Source: the human T2T-CHM13v2.0 reference genome, Homo sapiens
Assembly (NCBI RefSeq): GCF_009914755.1
Contig: NC_060947.1
Length of the DNA stretch: 64,000 nucleotides
Direction: 5' to 3' (one strand)
Part shown: piece by piece, positions 1 to 13,340 of the stretch
How the letters are laid out: each line of letters begins with the position of its first letter
How positions within the stretch are numbered: position 1 is the first letter of the stretch
Made by a program: the position numbers and the translations under genes
Notes under the pieces: generated by a model
Told to the model about the DNA's origin: nothing
The model's database searches: none
Seen by the model: only the letters and a program-made list of their open reading frames with translations

Positions 1-4
1 ATCT

Positions 5-640
5 TTAAATTTTTTGTTGATCTACAATAGTCTTACATATTTGAGGGATACATGTGATATTTTGATACCTGTATACAATGTGTAATGATCAAGTCAGGGT
101 TATTGGGATATCAGTCAACTCAAACATTTATCATTTCTTTGTTTTGAGAAAATGACAACTCTTCTTTTCTAGCTTTTTTTTTTTTGACACAGGGTCTTGC
201 TCTGTCACCTAGATTGGATGGAGTGCAGTGTTGCAATCACAGCTCACTGCAGCCTTGAACTCTTGGGTCACGAGATCCTCCCACCTTGGCCTCCCAAAGC
301 AATGGGGTTACAGACATGAGCCACTGTGCCTACCCTATTTTTAAATATATAATAAATAATTTTTAACTATAATTTCCGTATCATACTACCAATACTAGAA
401 TGTATTCCTTCTATCTAACTGTGTTTTTGCATCCTTCACCAACTTTTCTTCATCCCTCCCTTCCTTTCCCAGCCTTTGATAAGCATCGTTCTACTCTCTA
501 CCTCCTTGTGATCTACCTTTTTAGCTCCCACGTATGAGTGAGAACATGAAACATTTGTCTTTCTGTACTTGGCTTATTTCACTTAACATAATAACCTCCA
601 GTTCCATCCATGTTGCTGCAAATAACGGTATTTCAGTTTT
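5..640 (-). mobile_element. L1MA-type LINE-1 3' end fragment, interrupted by an Alu monomer
   Basis: Antisense L1MA 3'UTR motifs: 'acatgtgatattttgatac...tgtgtaatgatcaagtcaggg' and 'gagtgagaacatg...ttatttcacttaacata...ccatccatgttgctgcaaat'. Confidence 0.85.
174..335 (-). mobile_element. Alu monomer (FLAM-like)
   Basis: Poly-T, then 'gacacagggtcttgctctgtcacc...gatcctcccaccttggcctcccaaagc...gagccactgtgcc'; only one arm is present. Confidence 0.85.
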
Positions 641-1617
641 TAAAAAAGAACATTTTCTACCATCTTTTCTTTACATTTAAATCTAATTTATGTATTTTGT
701 TCAGATCTACTTTACTTGTGTTACCTTTTAAAATATTTTCTATTTCCTTTACTTGAGGGGGAGCAATTCATTTTCATGGAACTCCAACTCCATTTTCCTC
801 ACAATGATCTCTGCAATAAGGGTTTACACGTCCTCTTTCAATGCAGCCTAAGTGAAAAGTCTTGAGACTGTTCTGTTTTATTAGACTGTCTTCTATACTG
901 ATCCCCAGGTGGCTCTATAAGTCTTTGTCAAGGGAAGCTTTGGAGAGATGAGTTAGGTTTAAAAATCTAGTTGCATTTTAAAGAGATGAAGCACCAGCAT
1001 CTGAAAAATACGCCAGGGAAAGCAGAATAAATGAGGGATGTGAAGAAATAAAAGTTACAGAGGTTGAGGCTTGGCTATTGTGGTTTTCAAATGCAAACCT
1101 ACAGAGATGTTGGATGTCAGAGGATTTTGGAGCTGTTGCAGAAAGGAATGAAGAAAAATAAAATTGAAATAACTCATGACTTATTATTGTTTCCTGAAGC
1201 ATGTTCTAAGTTTAGAAAAATATAAGAATAAAAGTGGCTTTGAGTTATGTAAAAATTAATTTTTAAAATGCAAAAGCCCTACTATTCTTAGGAATACAAA
1301 TTAAATTAATTGGATTAGATTGATGAATTCAAGTGTTTCTCAATAAGCCAAGGATCAAAAACAATTTTAAGATGTTAGATAGTGTTACATAGTCTTCTTC
1401 ACTGTCATCTAATACAGTAACCTAATCTCAGGCATTTTCTAAGAATTAGGGCATATTTAAATTAAGTATAGTCTAGCTCCTCAAATTAAATTTTATAATG
1501 ATGTAAAAAATTAGTTTAAATGCCTAGGTATTTTGAAATATCACTTTTTTCAAATTTTCTTTTAATGTTCTAAAATGTGTATTGTTTATATTATTCGAAG
1601 GATCCCATGAATATTCC

Positions 1618-1894
1618 TTTTTGTTGTTGTGTTGTTTTGTTTTGGGAGACACGGTCTTGCTCCATTGCCCAGGCTGGAGTACAGTGGTGTGATCACAGCT
1701 CACTGCAACCTCAATCTCCTGGGCTCAAGTGATCCTCCGACCTCAGCCTCTTGAGTAGCAAGGGCTATAGGTGTACACCACCACAACTAGCTAACTTTTG
1801 AAACTTATTTTTTGTAGTGATAGTGTCTCACCATTTTGCCCAGGCTGGTCTTGAACTCCTGGACTCAAGTGATCCTCCTGCCTCAGCCTCCCAA
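1618..1894 (-). mobile_element. AluJ element, slightly 5'-truncated
   Basis: T-rich tail, two arms, and J-type 'gatcacagctcactgcaacctc...gggctcaagtgatcctcc'. Confidence 0.9.
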
Positions 1895-1975
1895 CTAATA
1901 TTCTTAAATTTGATATATTATTTCCTTTTTTATTAATACATAATAGTTGTATATATTCATGGGGTACATGTGATA

Positions 1976-4900
1976 GAATACTAAGCAGGGAGGTGAAATA
2001 TCTCTACAATGAGAACTACAAAACACTGCTCAAAGAAATTAGAGATGACAAAAACAAATGGAAAAACATTTCATGCTCATGGATAGGAAGAATAAATATA
2101 ATTAACATGCCCATACTTCCCAAAGCAACTTATAGATTCAATGATATTCCTGTCAAACGACCAATGACATTCTTCACAGAACTAGAAAAAACTATTTTAA
2201 AATTCATATGGAACCAAAAAAGAATCCAAATACTCAAGGCAATCCTAAGCAAAAAGAACAAAGCTGGAGGCATCATGTCACCTGACTTCAAATTATATAT
2301 ACTACAGGGCTATAGTAACCTAAACAGCATTTTACTGGTACAAAAACAGACACATAGATCAGTGGAACATAGTAGAGAGCCCAGAAATAAGGCTGCACAC
2401 CTACAACCACCTGATCTTTGACAAAGCTGACAAAAGCCAGCAACGGGGAAAGGACTACCTATTTAATAAATGGTGCTGGGATAACCGGCTAGCCATATGC
2501 AGAAGATTGAAACTGGGTCCCTTCCTTATACTGTATACGAAAATCAACTCAAGATGCATTAAGGACTTAAATATTAAACCTAAAACTACAGAAACTCTGG
2601 AAGATAACCTAGGAAATACCATTCTGGACATAGAACGAGGCAAAGATTTCATTATAAAGATACCAAAAGCAATCACAACAAAAGCAAAAATTGACAAATG
2701 GGACCTAATTAAACTAAAGAGCTTCTGCACAGCAAAAGAAACTATCAACAAACAGACAACCTACAGAATGGGAGAAATTATTTGCAAACTATGCATCTGA
2801 CAAAGGTCTAATATCCAGCATTTGTAAGAAACTTAAATAAATTTACAAGAAAAAATCAACCCAACTAAAAAGTGGGCAAACAATTTTTTAAAGTCCTCAA
2901 TTTAATATGGAACAAAAAAAGGCGAAATAGCCAAAACAATACTAAGCAAAAAGAATAAATCTGGAAGCATCACATTACAGAACTTCAAATTATACTACAA
3001 GTCTATAGTTATCAAAACAGTATGGTATTGGTATAAAAGTAGGTACATAGACCAATGGAACAGAATTGAAAACCCAGAATTAAAGCCGAATATGTACAGC
3101 CCACTCATCTTTGACAAAGCATACAAAACATAAGTTGGGAAATGGACACCCTATTTAATAAATGGTTCTGGGAAAACTGGCAAACCACATGTAGGAGAAT
3201 GAAACTGGAACTGGATCCTTCTCTCTCACCTTAAACAAAAATGAACTCAAGATGGATCACAAATTTAAACATAAGACCTGAAACCATAATTCTAGAATAC
3301 AACATTGGAAAAACTCTTCTAGACATTGGCCTAGGCAAAGAATTCATGAGTAAGACCCCAGAAGCAAATGTAACAAAAACAAAAATAAATGAGACCTAAT
3401 TAAACTAAAAAGCTTCTGAACAGCAAAAGAAATAATCAACAGAGAAAACAGACAACCCACAGGATGGGAGAAAATATTTACAAACTGCACATCCAACAAA
3501 GGGCTAGTATCCAGAATCTATAAAGAACCCAAACAAATCAGCAACAAGTAGAACAAATAATCCCATTAAAAAGTGGGCAAAGGACATGAATAGACATTTC
3601 TCAAAAGAAGATATACAAATGGCTAACAAGCATATGGAAAAATGCTCAACATCACTAATCATCAGGGAAATGCAAATTAAAACCACAATGAGATACCACC
3701 TTACTCCTGCAAGAATGACCATTATTAAAGTGCCAAGCAACAATAGATGTTGGCATGGATGTAGGGAAAAGAGAACGCATATAGACTACTGGTGCGAATG
3801 TAAATTAGTACAACCTGTATGGAGAACAGTATGGAGATTCCTTAAACAGCTAAAAGTAGATCTACCATTTGATCCAGCCATCCCACTACTGGGTATCTAC
3901 CCAAAGGAAAATAAGTCATTATATAAAAAAGACACTTGCACACGTATGTTTATAGCAGCACAATTCACAATTGCAAAGATGTAAAAACAACCTAAGTGCC
4001 CATCAACAAATGAGTGGATAAATAAAATGTGGTATATATACACCATGGAATACTACTCAGCCATTAAAATGAATGAAATAATGTCTTTTGTGCAACTTGT
4101 AATGAAGGCCATTATTCTATGCGAAGTAACACACGAGTGGAAAACCAAAAACTGTATGTTCTCACTTATAAATGGGAGCTAAGCTATGAGTAAGCAAAGG
4201 CATACAGAGTGATATAATGGAATTTGTAGACTCAGAAATGGGAGGTCAGGAGGGGTAGGGGTATAAGGATAAAAAAAAAAGTACACATTATGTACCATGT
4301 ACGCTACTCAGTTGACAGATGCACTAAAATCTCAGAATTCACCACCATCCAAGTAACAAAAAAGTTGTACCCCAAAGCTATTGAAATAAAAAATAAAAAC
4401 AAGAAAATTCAAGACCCACAATATTTCTCTGGGAAATTCATGCAAACATACATGGAAGAAATAATAAATTTTATCCAATGTAAAAAAAAATTGGGCAAAG
4501 GACAGGAACAGACACTTTTCAAAAGAAGACACACATACAGCCAATAAGCATATGAAAAAATGCTCAACATCACTGATCATTAGAGAAATGGAAATCAAAA
4601 CCACAATAAGAAACCATCTCACACCAGTCAGAATGGCTATTACTAAAAAATCAAAAAATGACAGATGCTGGTGAGGTTGTGGAGAAAAAGAAACACTTAT
4701 GCACTGTTGGTGGAAGTGTAAATTATATCTACCATTGTGTAAAACAATGTGGGGATTCCTCAAAGAGCTAAAAACAGAACTACCATTTGACCCAGCAATA
4801 CCGTTACTGGGCATATACCCAAAGGGATATGAATCATTTTGTCATAAAGATGCATGCATGCGAATGTTCATTGCTGCACACTCACGATAGCAAAGATGTG

Positions 4901-5318
4901 GAATCAACCTAAATGCCCATCAATGATAGACTGGATAAATAAAATGTGGTACATATACAGTATGGACTACTTTGCAGCCATAAAAAGGAATGAGATCATG
5001 TCCTTTGCAGGAACATAGATGGAGCTGAAGGCCATTACCCTTAGCAAACTAGCACAGGAACAGAAAACCAAATACTGCATGTTCTCACTTATAAGTGTGA
5101 GCTAAATGATGAGAACACATGGATACATAGAGGAGAACAACAGATACTGGGGCCTACTGGAGGGTGGATGGTGGGAGGAGGGAGAGGATGAGGAAAAATA
5201 ACCAATAGATACTCAGCTTAATACCTGGATGACAAAATAATCTGTACAACAAACCTCCATGGCATGGCTTTACCTGTATAACAAACTTGCGAATGTATCC
5301 CTGAACTTAAACAAAGGA
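1976..5318 (+). mobile_element. 5'-truncated L1PA13-like element (ORF2 C-terminus and 3'UTR), split by an L1PB insertion at about 2881-4490
   Basis: ORF2 remnants 1993-2421 and 2507-2800 ([18 protein letters not shown]). The element resumes at 'tgggcaaaggacaggaacagacac' (about 4492). 3'UTR 'gagaggatgaggaaaaataac...aataatctgtacaacaaac'. Confidence 0.85.
2899..4405 (+). mobile_element. L1PB (L1PB1-3-like) 3' fragment
   Basis: ORF2 C-terminal ORF 3586-3984 ([10 protein letters not shown]...[14 protein letters not shown]) and L1PB-type terminus 'gcactaaaatctcagaattcaccac...gtaccccaaagctattgaaataaa'. Confidence 0.85.
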
Positions 5319-7145
5319 ACACGCATAGAATGTGTAATAATAAAAACAAAGTAATCGAGATACCCATCACTTCAAATATTTATATTTTCTTTGTGTTGGA
5401 AATATTCCAAATCTTCTCTTCTAGCCATTTTGAAATATACAACAAATTATTATTAACTATAGCACCTTAATTGACCATTAGAATTTATTCATTCTATTTA
5501 ACTGTATGTTTGTACCCATTGACAAAACTCTTTTCATTCCTCCCTCTCTTCTATCCTTCCCAGCCTCTGGTAGTCATCATTTTACTCTCTACCTCTAGAT
5601 CCAGTTTTAAACTCCCACATATAACTGGAAACACGCAATATTTGCCTTTCTGTGCCTGATTTATTTCAATTAACATAATGCCCTCCAAGTTCATCCGTGT
5701 TGCTGCAAATCAAAGAATTTTATTCTTTTTCTTGGCTGAATCATATTCCATCATGTGTATATACCACATTTGCTTTATCCATTCACCCATCGATGGACAC
5801 TTAGGTTGATTTTATATCTTGGCTGTTGTGAATAGTGCTGCAATAAACATAGGAGTGCAGATATATCTTTGAAATACTGATTTCCTTTCTTTTGAATATA
5901 TACCTGGTAATGGGATTGCTGGATCATATGGGAGTTCTATTTTAAGTTTTTTAAGAAACCTCCATTACAAAAAACCTCTCTTTTTCATAATGGCTATGCT
6001 GATTTACATTCCCACCAATAGTGTCTGAGAGTTCCCTTTTCTCTGCATCCTCACCAGCATTTTATTTTTTGTCTTCTCAGTGATAGCCATTTCAACTGGA
6101 GTGAGGTGACACCTCATTGTGGCTTTTATTTGTATTATTTCCCTGGTGATTAATGATGGTGAGCCTTTTTTTCATATAGCTGTTGGTCATTTCTATGTCT
6201 TTTCAGAAATGTCTATTCAAATCATTTATCTATTTTTAAAATGGGTTTTTTTGGCTATTGAGTTGTTTAGTTATTAATTCCTCGTCAAATGGATAGTTTG
6301 CAAATATTATCTCCCATTTTGTAGCTTGTCTCTTCCTTCTATTGTTTCCTTTGCTGGGTGGAAATTTTTTTAGCTTGATATAATCCCATTTGTTGGTATT
6401 TTATTTATTGCCTATGCTTTTGAGATTTTACTCCTAAAGCCTTTGCCCAGACCAGTGTCCCAAGGCATTTCCTCAATGTCTTCTTCTAGTAATTTCATAG
6501 TTTCAGGTCTTACATTTAAGTCGTTAATCCATTTCAATTTGATTTTTATATATGGTGATAGATAGGGATCTAGTTTTATTCTTCTGCAAATGGATATGCA
6601 GGTTTTCCAGTCCCATTTATGGAAGAGACTGCTTTTCCCACAATCTATGTTCTTGGCACCTTTTCCAAAAATGAGTTGGCTAGAAACATGTGGATTTATT
6701 TCTCTATTCTCTATTGTGTTCTATTGGTATATGCATCTGTTTTTATGCCAGTACCATGCTTACTTAACTACAGTTTGTGGTGTGTTTTGAAGTGAGATAG
6801 TGTGATGCAGCCAGCTTCATTCTTTCTGTACTGGATTGCATTAGTTATTCTGGGTCCTTTGTAGTTCCAAACAAATTTTAGGATTGTTTTTTCTATTTCC
6901 ATGAGAAATGTCATTGATATTTCAATAGGAATTGCATTGAATCTGTTTATCACAGTTGATTGTACAGTCATTTGAACAATATTCTTCAAATCCATAAACA
7001 TGGGATATCGTTCAATCTACCAAACATTTAAAGAATAATGAATACCAAATTTGATCAAAGTATTCCAAAAAATTGAAGAATAGGGAATACTTCCAAACTC
7101 ATTATATGAAGTCAGGAGCATTACCCTGATACCAAAACCAGACAA

Positions 7146-7147
<2 letters not shown>

Positions 7148-7184
<37 letters not shown>
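7148..7184 (+). repeat. (CA)n microsatellite
   Basis: Pure CA run inside L1 ORF2 after 'gacaaggac'. Confidence 0.97.
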
Positions 7185-7187
<3 letters not shown>

Positions 7188-7416
7188 CACTGCAGGCCGA
7201 TATGTAATAAATATAGATGCAGAAATCCTCAACAAAATACTAGCTAATCAAATTCAACAATACATTAAAAATATCATTCACCATGATCAAGTGGGATAAG
7301 TGGGAATCATCACAGGGATGCAAAGATGGTTCAACATATAGAAATTAATAAATGAGACGCATCATATTAGTAGAATCAAGGCCAAAACCATGTGATCAGT
7401 TCAATAGATGCTGAAA

Positions 7417-7866
7417 CAATAGCAAAGACATGGAAATAACCTAGGTGCCTATCATCAGTGGATTGGATAAAGAAAATGTGGTACACATACAGAATGAAAT
7501 ACTGTGAAGCCATAAAGAAAAAATCATTTTTTTTTGCAGCAACACGGATGCAGCTGTAGGCCACTATCCTAAGTGAATTAATGCAGGAACAGAAAACCTA
7601 ATATTCTATGTTCTCACTTATAAGTAGGAACTAAACAGTAAGTGCACACAGACATAAGGATGGGAACAATTGACACTGGGGACTCCAAAAGGAGGGAGGG
7701 AGTGGGGGAAGGGCTGAGAAACTTCCTATTCGGTACTATGTTCACTATCTAGGTGATGGAATCAATAGAAACCCAAACCTCAGCATCACGCAATATACTC
7801 TTGTTACAAACCTTCACATGTACCCCATGAATCCAAAAATTAAAATTTAAAAAAGACCAAGAAAAC
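7417..7866 (+). mobile_element. L1PA16/17-L1PB4-like 3' fragment with a 13-bp TSD
   Basis: L1 3'UTR '...ccaaacctcagcatcacgcaatatac...'; flanked by the direct repeat atagatgctgaaa at 7404-7416 and 7867-7879. Confidence 0.85.
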
Positions 7867-9291
7867 ATAGATGCTGAAAAAGAATTTGATAAAATTCAAC
7901 ATCTTTTCATGACAAAAACCCTTACTTAATTGGACATAGAAGGAACATACCTTAAAACAGTAAATGCCATATATGACAAACCCACAGCTAACCGCACACT
8001 GAGTGGAGACAAATTGGAAGCCTTTCCTCTAAGAACTGGAACAAGACAAGGATGCCACCTTTCACCACTTTTATTCAACATAGCTACTGAAAGTCCTAGC
8101 CAGACCAGTTAGGCAAGAGAAATAAATAAAGGGCATCCAAATTGGAAGGAGGAAGTTAAATTGTCTTATTTGCAGACAACATGATCTTATGTTTAGAAAA
8201 AACTAAAGACTCCATCAAAAGAAAACTATTCCTATAATAAAGAATCAGTTCTATTTATTTAGAACTGATAAATTCAGGATATAAAACCAACATATAAAAA
8301 TTAGTAGCATTTCTATGCATCAACAGTGAGTACTCTGAAAAAGAAATCAAGAAAGCAATCCCATTTACAAGAGCTATAAAAATTAAATATCTAGGACTAA
8401 ATTTAACAAAAGAAGTGAAAGACCTCTACAATGAAAATAGCAAAACACTGATCAAAGAAATTGAAAAGGAAAAATCACCTTAAAATGTAACCTTCTCTAA
8501 TCTGTCTTCCACCTTGTCCCCCAAATTGTTGAAGATAACAGTCGCTCAATTCTTGATCTTCTTGTTCCATAACCATATGGAATTTTTTTGGCAAAAATTT
8601 ATGATTATCTGTTACAATGAGTTGTGTTTTAATGTTTGTTCTCTATTAATGTACAATAGATCAAGGTACTTTCTTTCTCCAGTCCCAACGCTTTTGTATG
8701 CTTCCTCAAGATCTCCTCAGTAAGAGTGATTTTAGTGATGTAGCACATAAAAATTATGGTAATAATAATGATAATACCTATGATAAAATTTAAGACATTT
8801 ATATTTAACTTTAAACTTTATGTTCTTCCTATGCTTTCATTAAAATTATACTTTATCATTTGCAAGGATTCTAATTTAATAACTCCCAATTCTATAAAAT
8901 ATTCAAACTTCCTCCAAGTATTCCAAACAGTAGATATTCAAAACTAAAAGGTCTAGCATTTACGTAGACTTTTTGACATTTTTAATCTTCTATATCATTA
9001 CATTTTGGGGTTAGTTTTAATCTAATTTTCTTTTAATCTCATAGGAATTTAAGAAATTCCTTGGTTAAAGCTGGAAAGTACAAAACACGAAGCACAATCT
9101 TAGCAAAATTTTGTACGTGTGCATATTATATTGACCAAATATCAAATTTTTTCATTATTTTTGCCAGTGGTGAATTTGTTAGTAGAGTAGAAACTCCATC
9201 ATATCACAAGATTATGGCCAAAAGTTTTGGTAAATTGAAAAAGTTTGGTAAGTGGGAAATCATAAAATATGATAAATACCAACCATAACAT

Positions 9292-9512
9292 TTTTTAAAC
9301 TTTTATTTTAGGTTCAGAAGTACATGTGCAGGTTTGTTATATGAGTAAATTACATGTCACAGGGGTTCGGTGTACAGATTATTTTGTTACTGAACTGATA
9401 AGCATAGTACCCAGTAGGTAGGTAGTTTTTCTATCCGTACCCTCTTATCTGCTTTCACCTGCAAGTTGGCCCTGGTGTCTGTTCCCTTCTTTGTTTCCAT
9501 GTACTCAATGGC
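9292..9512 (-). mobile_element. Short L1PA14/15-like 3' end with TSD
   Basis: 'ttttattttaggttcagaagtacatgtgcaggtttgttat...gtacagattattttg'; flanked by aaccataacatttt and aaccataatgtttt. Confidence 0.85.
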
Positions 9513-10695
9513 AAACCATAATGTTTTAAAAATACTTACCTATACTAAAAAAATATAGCTTGCATCTATTCACTAAAATTTCTTTGGATTTTATCCCACT
9601 GCATGAACTTTACCTTTTTTTTTTTTTTTCCATAACTGCAACCATGATGGACTGTGTATGATTTTCAGTTTTGTGTTTGTGAAAATAAAGCAAGATTCTA
9701 AAAACGCTTAGAAAACAGGCTGAGTATAGGCTCCTCCTAACAGGTTGCTTTACCATGTTTTGATCCCCTCCCTCCACAATCTTCCTGCTTTTCTTTACTT
9801 TTCAGAGTCCTCAGGTAGCTGGCTTTTATATTTTGGTCAGAGTTGTTGTTGTCATCAATGGGGCAATGGGTTGCAGTGGGTTTATACTACTACAGTGGGA
9901 CCAGAACATCGATGATATTTTATTTTTTAACTTTTAATTTTAATATGAATTCAAAGATAAAAGATATAAAAATAGTGCAAAGAACTGTCATATATCCTTA
10001 TCAAGTCTACCAATTGTTTATGTATTGTTTTGCTCCTTAATCATTCCCTCCTTCTATAAATATATGTGTGTGTGTGTTTGTGTGTGTGTATGCATACATT
10101 CCCTGAACTTGGTTAAAATACTGTCTGCCAGAATGTGCCAATGTAAAGTAACTATATTTTTGTTTGTAATTTATAAGTTGTGGAGTGATGAAATGAGGCT
10201 ATAGAAATATCCTTTTTCATTCAGTTTTCACCCATTAGCTTTATCTTCCATTGATAATATTCTAACACCATTACGGATTTTACATCTATTAGTTGGCATT
10301 GTACTATGAAGATCTTTTCCTTCTTTATGTATTAACTCATTTCTTTATTAGTATTAATATGAAAACATGGATTCTTGGACTCTTATTTTACTCAATAGGC
10401 TGTATTCCCTTAGTATTTTTTAATTTATTTTGATATTCAAATTTTCCCATATTTGAGCTGTGCAAGTTTCTTTCAGCTGGCTATGGTATGCTTTGTGTGT
10501 TCTTTCAATTCTTTGAGCACTTAATTATTTTCTGGCACAGTCTCAATGCTGGAGTCAGCTGTTTCCCTAGGAAGCCATATTTCTTTTTTTGGTGGAGAAT
10601 GGTATTTAGAAACCAAGATGTAGGTAGTAGGTAGGCCATGTTCTGGGAAACTATTGCTACTTTAAGTGGACTGAACTAGAAAACACAAACAGACC

Positions 10696-10697
<2 letters not shown>

Positions 10698-10741
<44 letters not shown>
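10698..10741 (+). repeat. (CA)n microsatellite
   Basis: Pure CA run. Confidence 0.97.
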
Positions 10742-10743
<2 letters not shown>

Positions 10744-13128
10744 TTATTTCCTTGATAACCCCAATTCCGTACTAAAGGGTTTATTCTAGCCTTCTCTTCC
10801 ATCTTTGTAACTTTTCTCCAATAATGAGAAAACTTCCACCTATTACCTTTAATATATTAACTTACTCGTTCACACCTAGAATATAAAATTAGTTTCAGAA
10901 TTGCTAACCCATGCCACTACGAAAAGCAAACCTCGTCTACTAACTAGAGTTCAATATTTGTTTACAGTTATTTTTAGGTGAAATTTACATACAGTGAAAT
11001 GCTCAGTTATGAAGGGTACAGTTTGATAAATATGTATGTAATTTGGTAATAATTATCCCAATCAATAAAAAGGAAAACTCCGTAGCCCCAGACAAGTTTC
11101 TCATGTCCACTTCCAGCCAACCTGTAACCTTCATTGGCAACCTCTTTTTGATTCCATCACAATACAGTAATTTTGCTTATTCCTTTAACTTCACAGATAC
11201 AACATTATTCAAAACATACTCTTTCATGTATGGATTCTTCACTAAACGTACAGTTCTTTAGATTCATTATTGCTATTGTGTGTATCACTAGTTCATTATT
11301 TTTATGTGTGTAGTTCCATTGCATAGATATACCCTAATTTATTTATTTTTGTTGATGGGTTGTATCTGATTTTTAGCTATTATGGATATAGTGCAATACA
11401 CATTCTAGTACAAGTCTTTTCATCAATATATGTTTACTTTCCTTTTGAATAAACACCTGGTATACATGGTGAGGCAAAAAGCAGGTGTGTGCTTACCTTT
11501 GTAAAAATCTACTAAAATATTTAATAATGTGGTTGTACCATTTTAATTGCTTGCCAGAAAAGTAAGAGAGTTGCAGTTGATCTACATACTCTCCAACCTT
11601 TGGTGTTTTCAGGTTTGGTTTTGGTAGGTTTTTTTTTTGTTTTTGTTTTTGTTTGTTGGGGGGGGCATCCTAGTGTTTGTGAAATTGTATCACGATTTTG
11701 TTTTAATTTGAATATTCCTGAAAAAATGATGTTAATTTATTTGACCCGTGGGTATTTAGATGTAAGTTGATAATTTTTCTTAACATTTGAGCCTTTTCTA
11801 GATACATTATTTTATTGATTCCTAATTTCACTCCATTGTAGGCAGAGCACATATTCACTACGATTTCAGTCCTTTCAAAGTTTGATTTATCTTGGTCATT
11901 GTTCTGTTCCAAGTGCTCTGGAATGAAAATGTATTCTCTTCATGGGTATAATTTTTCGTATATTTCAATTAAGTTGGTTGATTTTGATCATTTGTTTTGA
12001 GTACTTGTACAAATATTCTATGTATTTTTCAATTCTTTTGGTGTACTTGTCCATAAATTGCTAAGAAATGGGTGTTAAAATATTCAACTATGATTATAAA
12101 TTTATCTACTTTTGACCTTTAGTTCTGTCAGTTTTTGGCTTCACATATTTTGAATCTCTGTTGCTAGGTGCATGCACATATGGGACTACATTTTCTTGAT
12201 GATTTGATCATTTTATCATTGTGAAATATTCATCCTTATCTCTGCTAGCAATATGCATGGTCTTGAAGTCTACACGGATTTACATTGCAATAGCCATATC
12301 AGGTTTCTTAAGACCAATGTTTTCATGGTATATCAATTTTTATACTTACATATTCTTTTCCCCTATCTCCTGCCTTCTTAAGGAGTATGGTCTATTTTTT
12401 TTTTTAAGATTCTATTTTGCCTGCTATACTGACATTTAACTGTACCTCTTTGTGTTATTTTAGCAGTTGATCTAGAGATTACAAATTACAGAATTAAAGT
12501 CCACATAGTATTTTACTTTATCATAATATTAAAGCCTTCATAACTCTATTTATACCTACTGCTATTTTAATTTTTGTTATCTTATGTTTTACTATGCCAT
12601 AGCTATGAAACCCACAATTACTGTTTCATATTTTGAGTTAAACAGTCATGGTTCTAATAAATTTAAGAAAATAAAATATATGGCAATAAAAACTTGTCCT
12701 TTACATTTGCCCAGATATTGGCCTTATTTGGTGTTCTTCATTTCATCTTTAACACCTGGGATTTTACGGTACAATTTCTTTTTGGGTTGATGAAATACTT
12801 TCAGCATTTCTTTTTTCTACTGCAGGTCTTCTTTTTGAGAACGTCTTTATTTCAGCTTCATTTCTGGAGGATATTTTCACTGGACATATAATTCTGAATT
12901 AAATGATTTTTTTTCTTTCAGAAATTTAATTATAACATCTGGTCTCATTTGATGAGATTGTAGTCATTACTTGTATTCTTCTCCTCTATATAATATGTTA
13001 TTTTTTCTGCCTGTTTTAAAATTTTATGTTTATGTTTGGCTTTCAGAAGTTTGATTATACTATGCCTAGGCGTGTTTTTTTGGCATTATCCTGCTTTGGG
13101 TTTTCTGGACCTCTTGAGTTTGTAAGAA

Positions 13129-13340
13129 ATTTATATATATATATACATTTATATATATATAATATATAAATGTATATATAATGTATATATATAATATAAC
13201 ATATATATTATAATATATTATAATATATATTATATATAATTTATATATATAAAATAATATAATATAATATATTATATTATATTATATATAATTTATGTAT
13301 AAAATATATATAATATAATATAATATATTATATATATTTT
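13129..13340. repeat. AT-rich (TA)n/(TATAA)n low-complexity array
   Basis: About 210 bp consisting almost entirely of A and T. Confidence 0.95.

Larger units (their letters stand above)
1921..8470 (-). mobile_element. Host L1MA element: 3' end at 1921-1975, resumes at 5320-7015 (antisense), with an inverted 5' part at 7016-8470
   Basis: 'ggggtacatgtgata' (1961-1975) continues at 'gcatagaatgtgtaat' (about 5323). Antisense ORF2 runs to 7015, then sense ORF2 ([14 protein letters not shown] motif near 8040) runs to 8470. Confidence 0.8.

Noticed and set aside
2455-4814. Hydrophobic minus-strand ORFs resembling membrane proteins
   Set aside because: Antisense of A-rich L1 ORF2; a compositional artefact.
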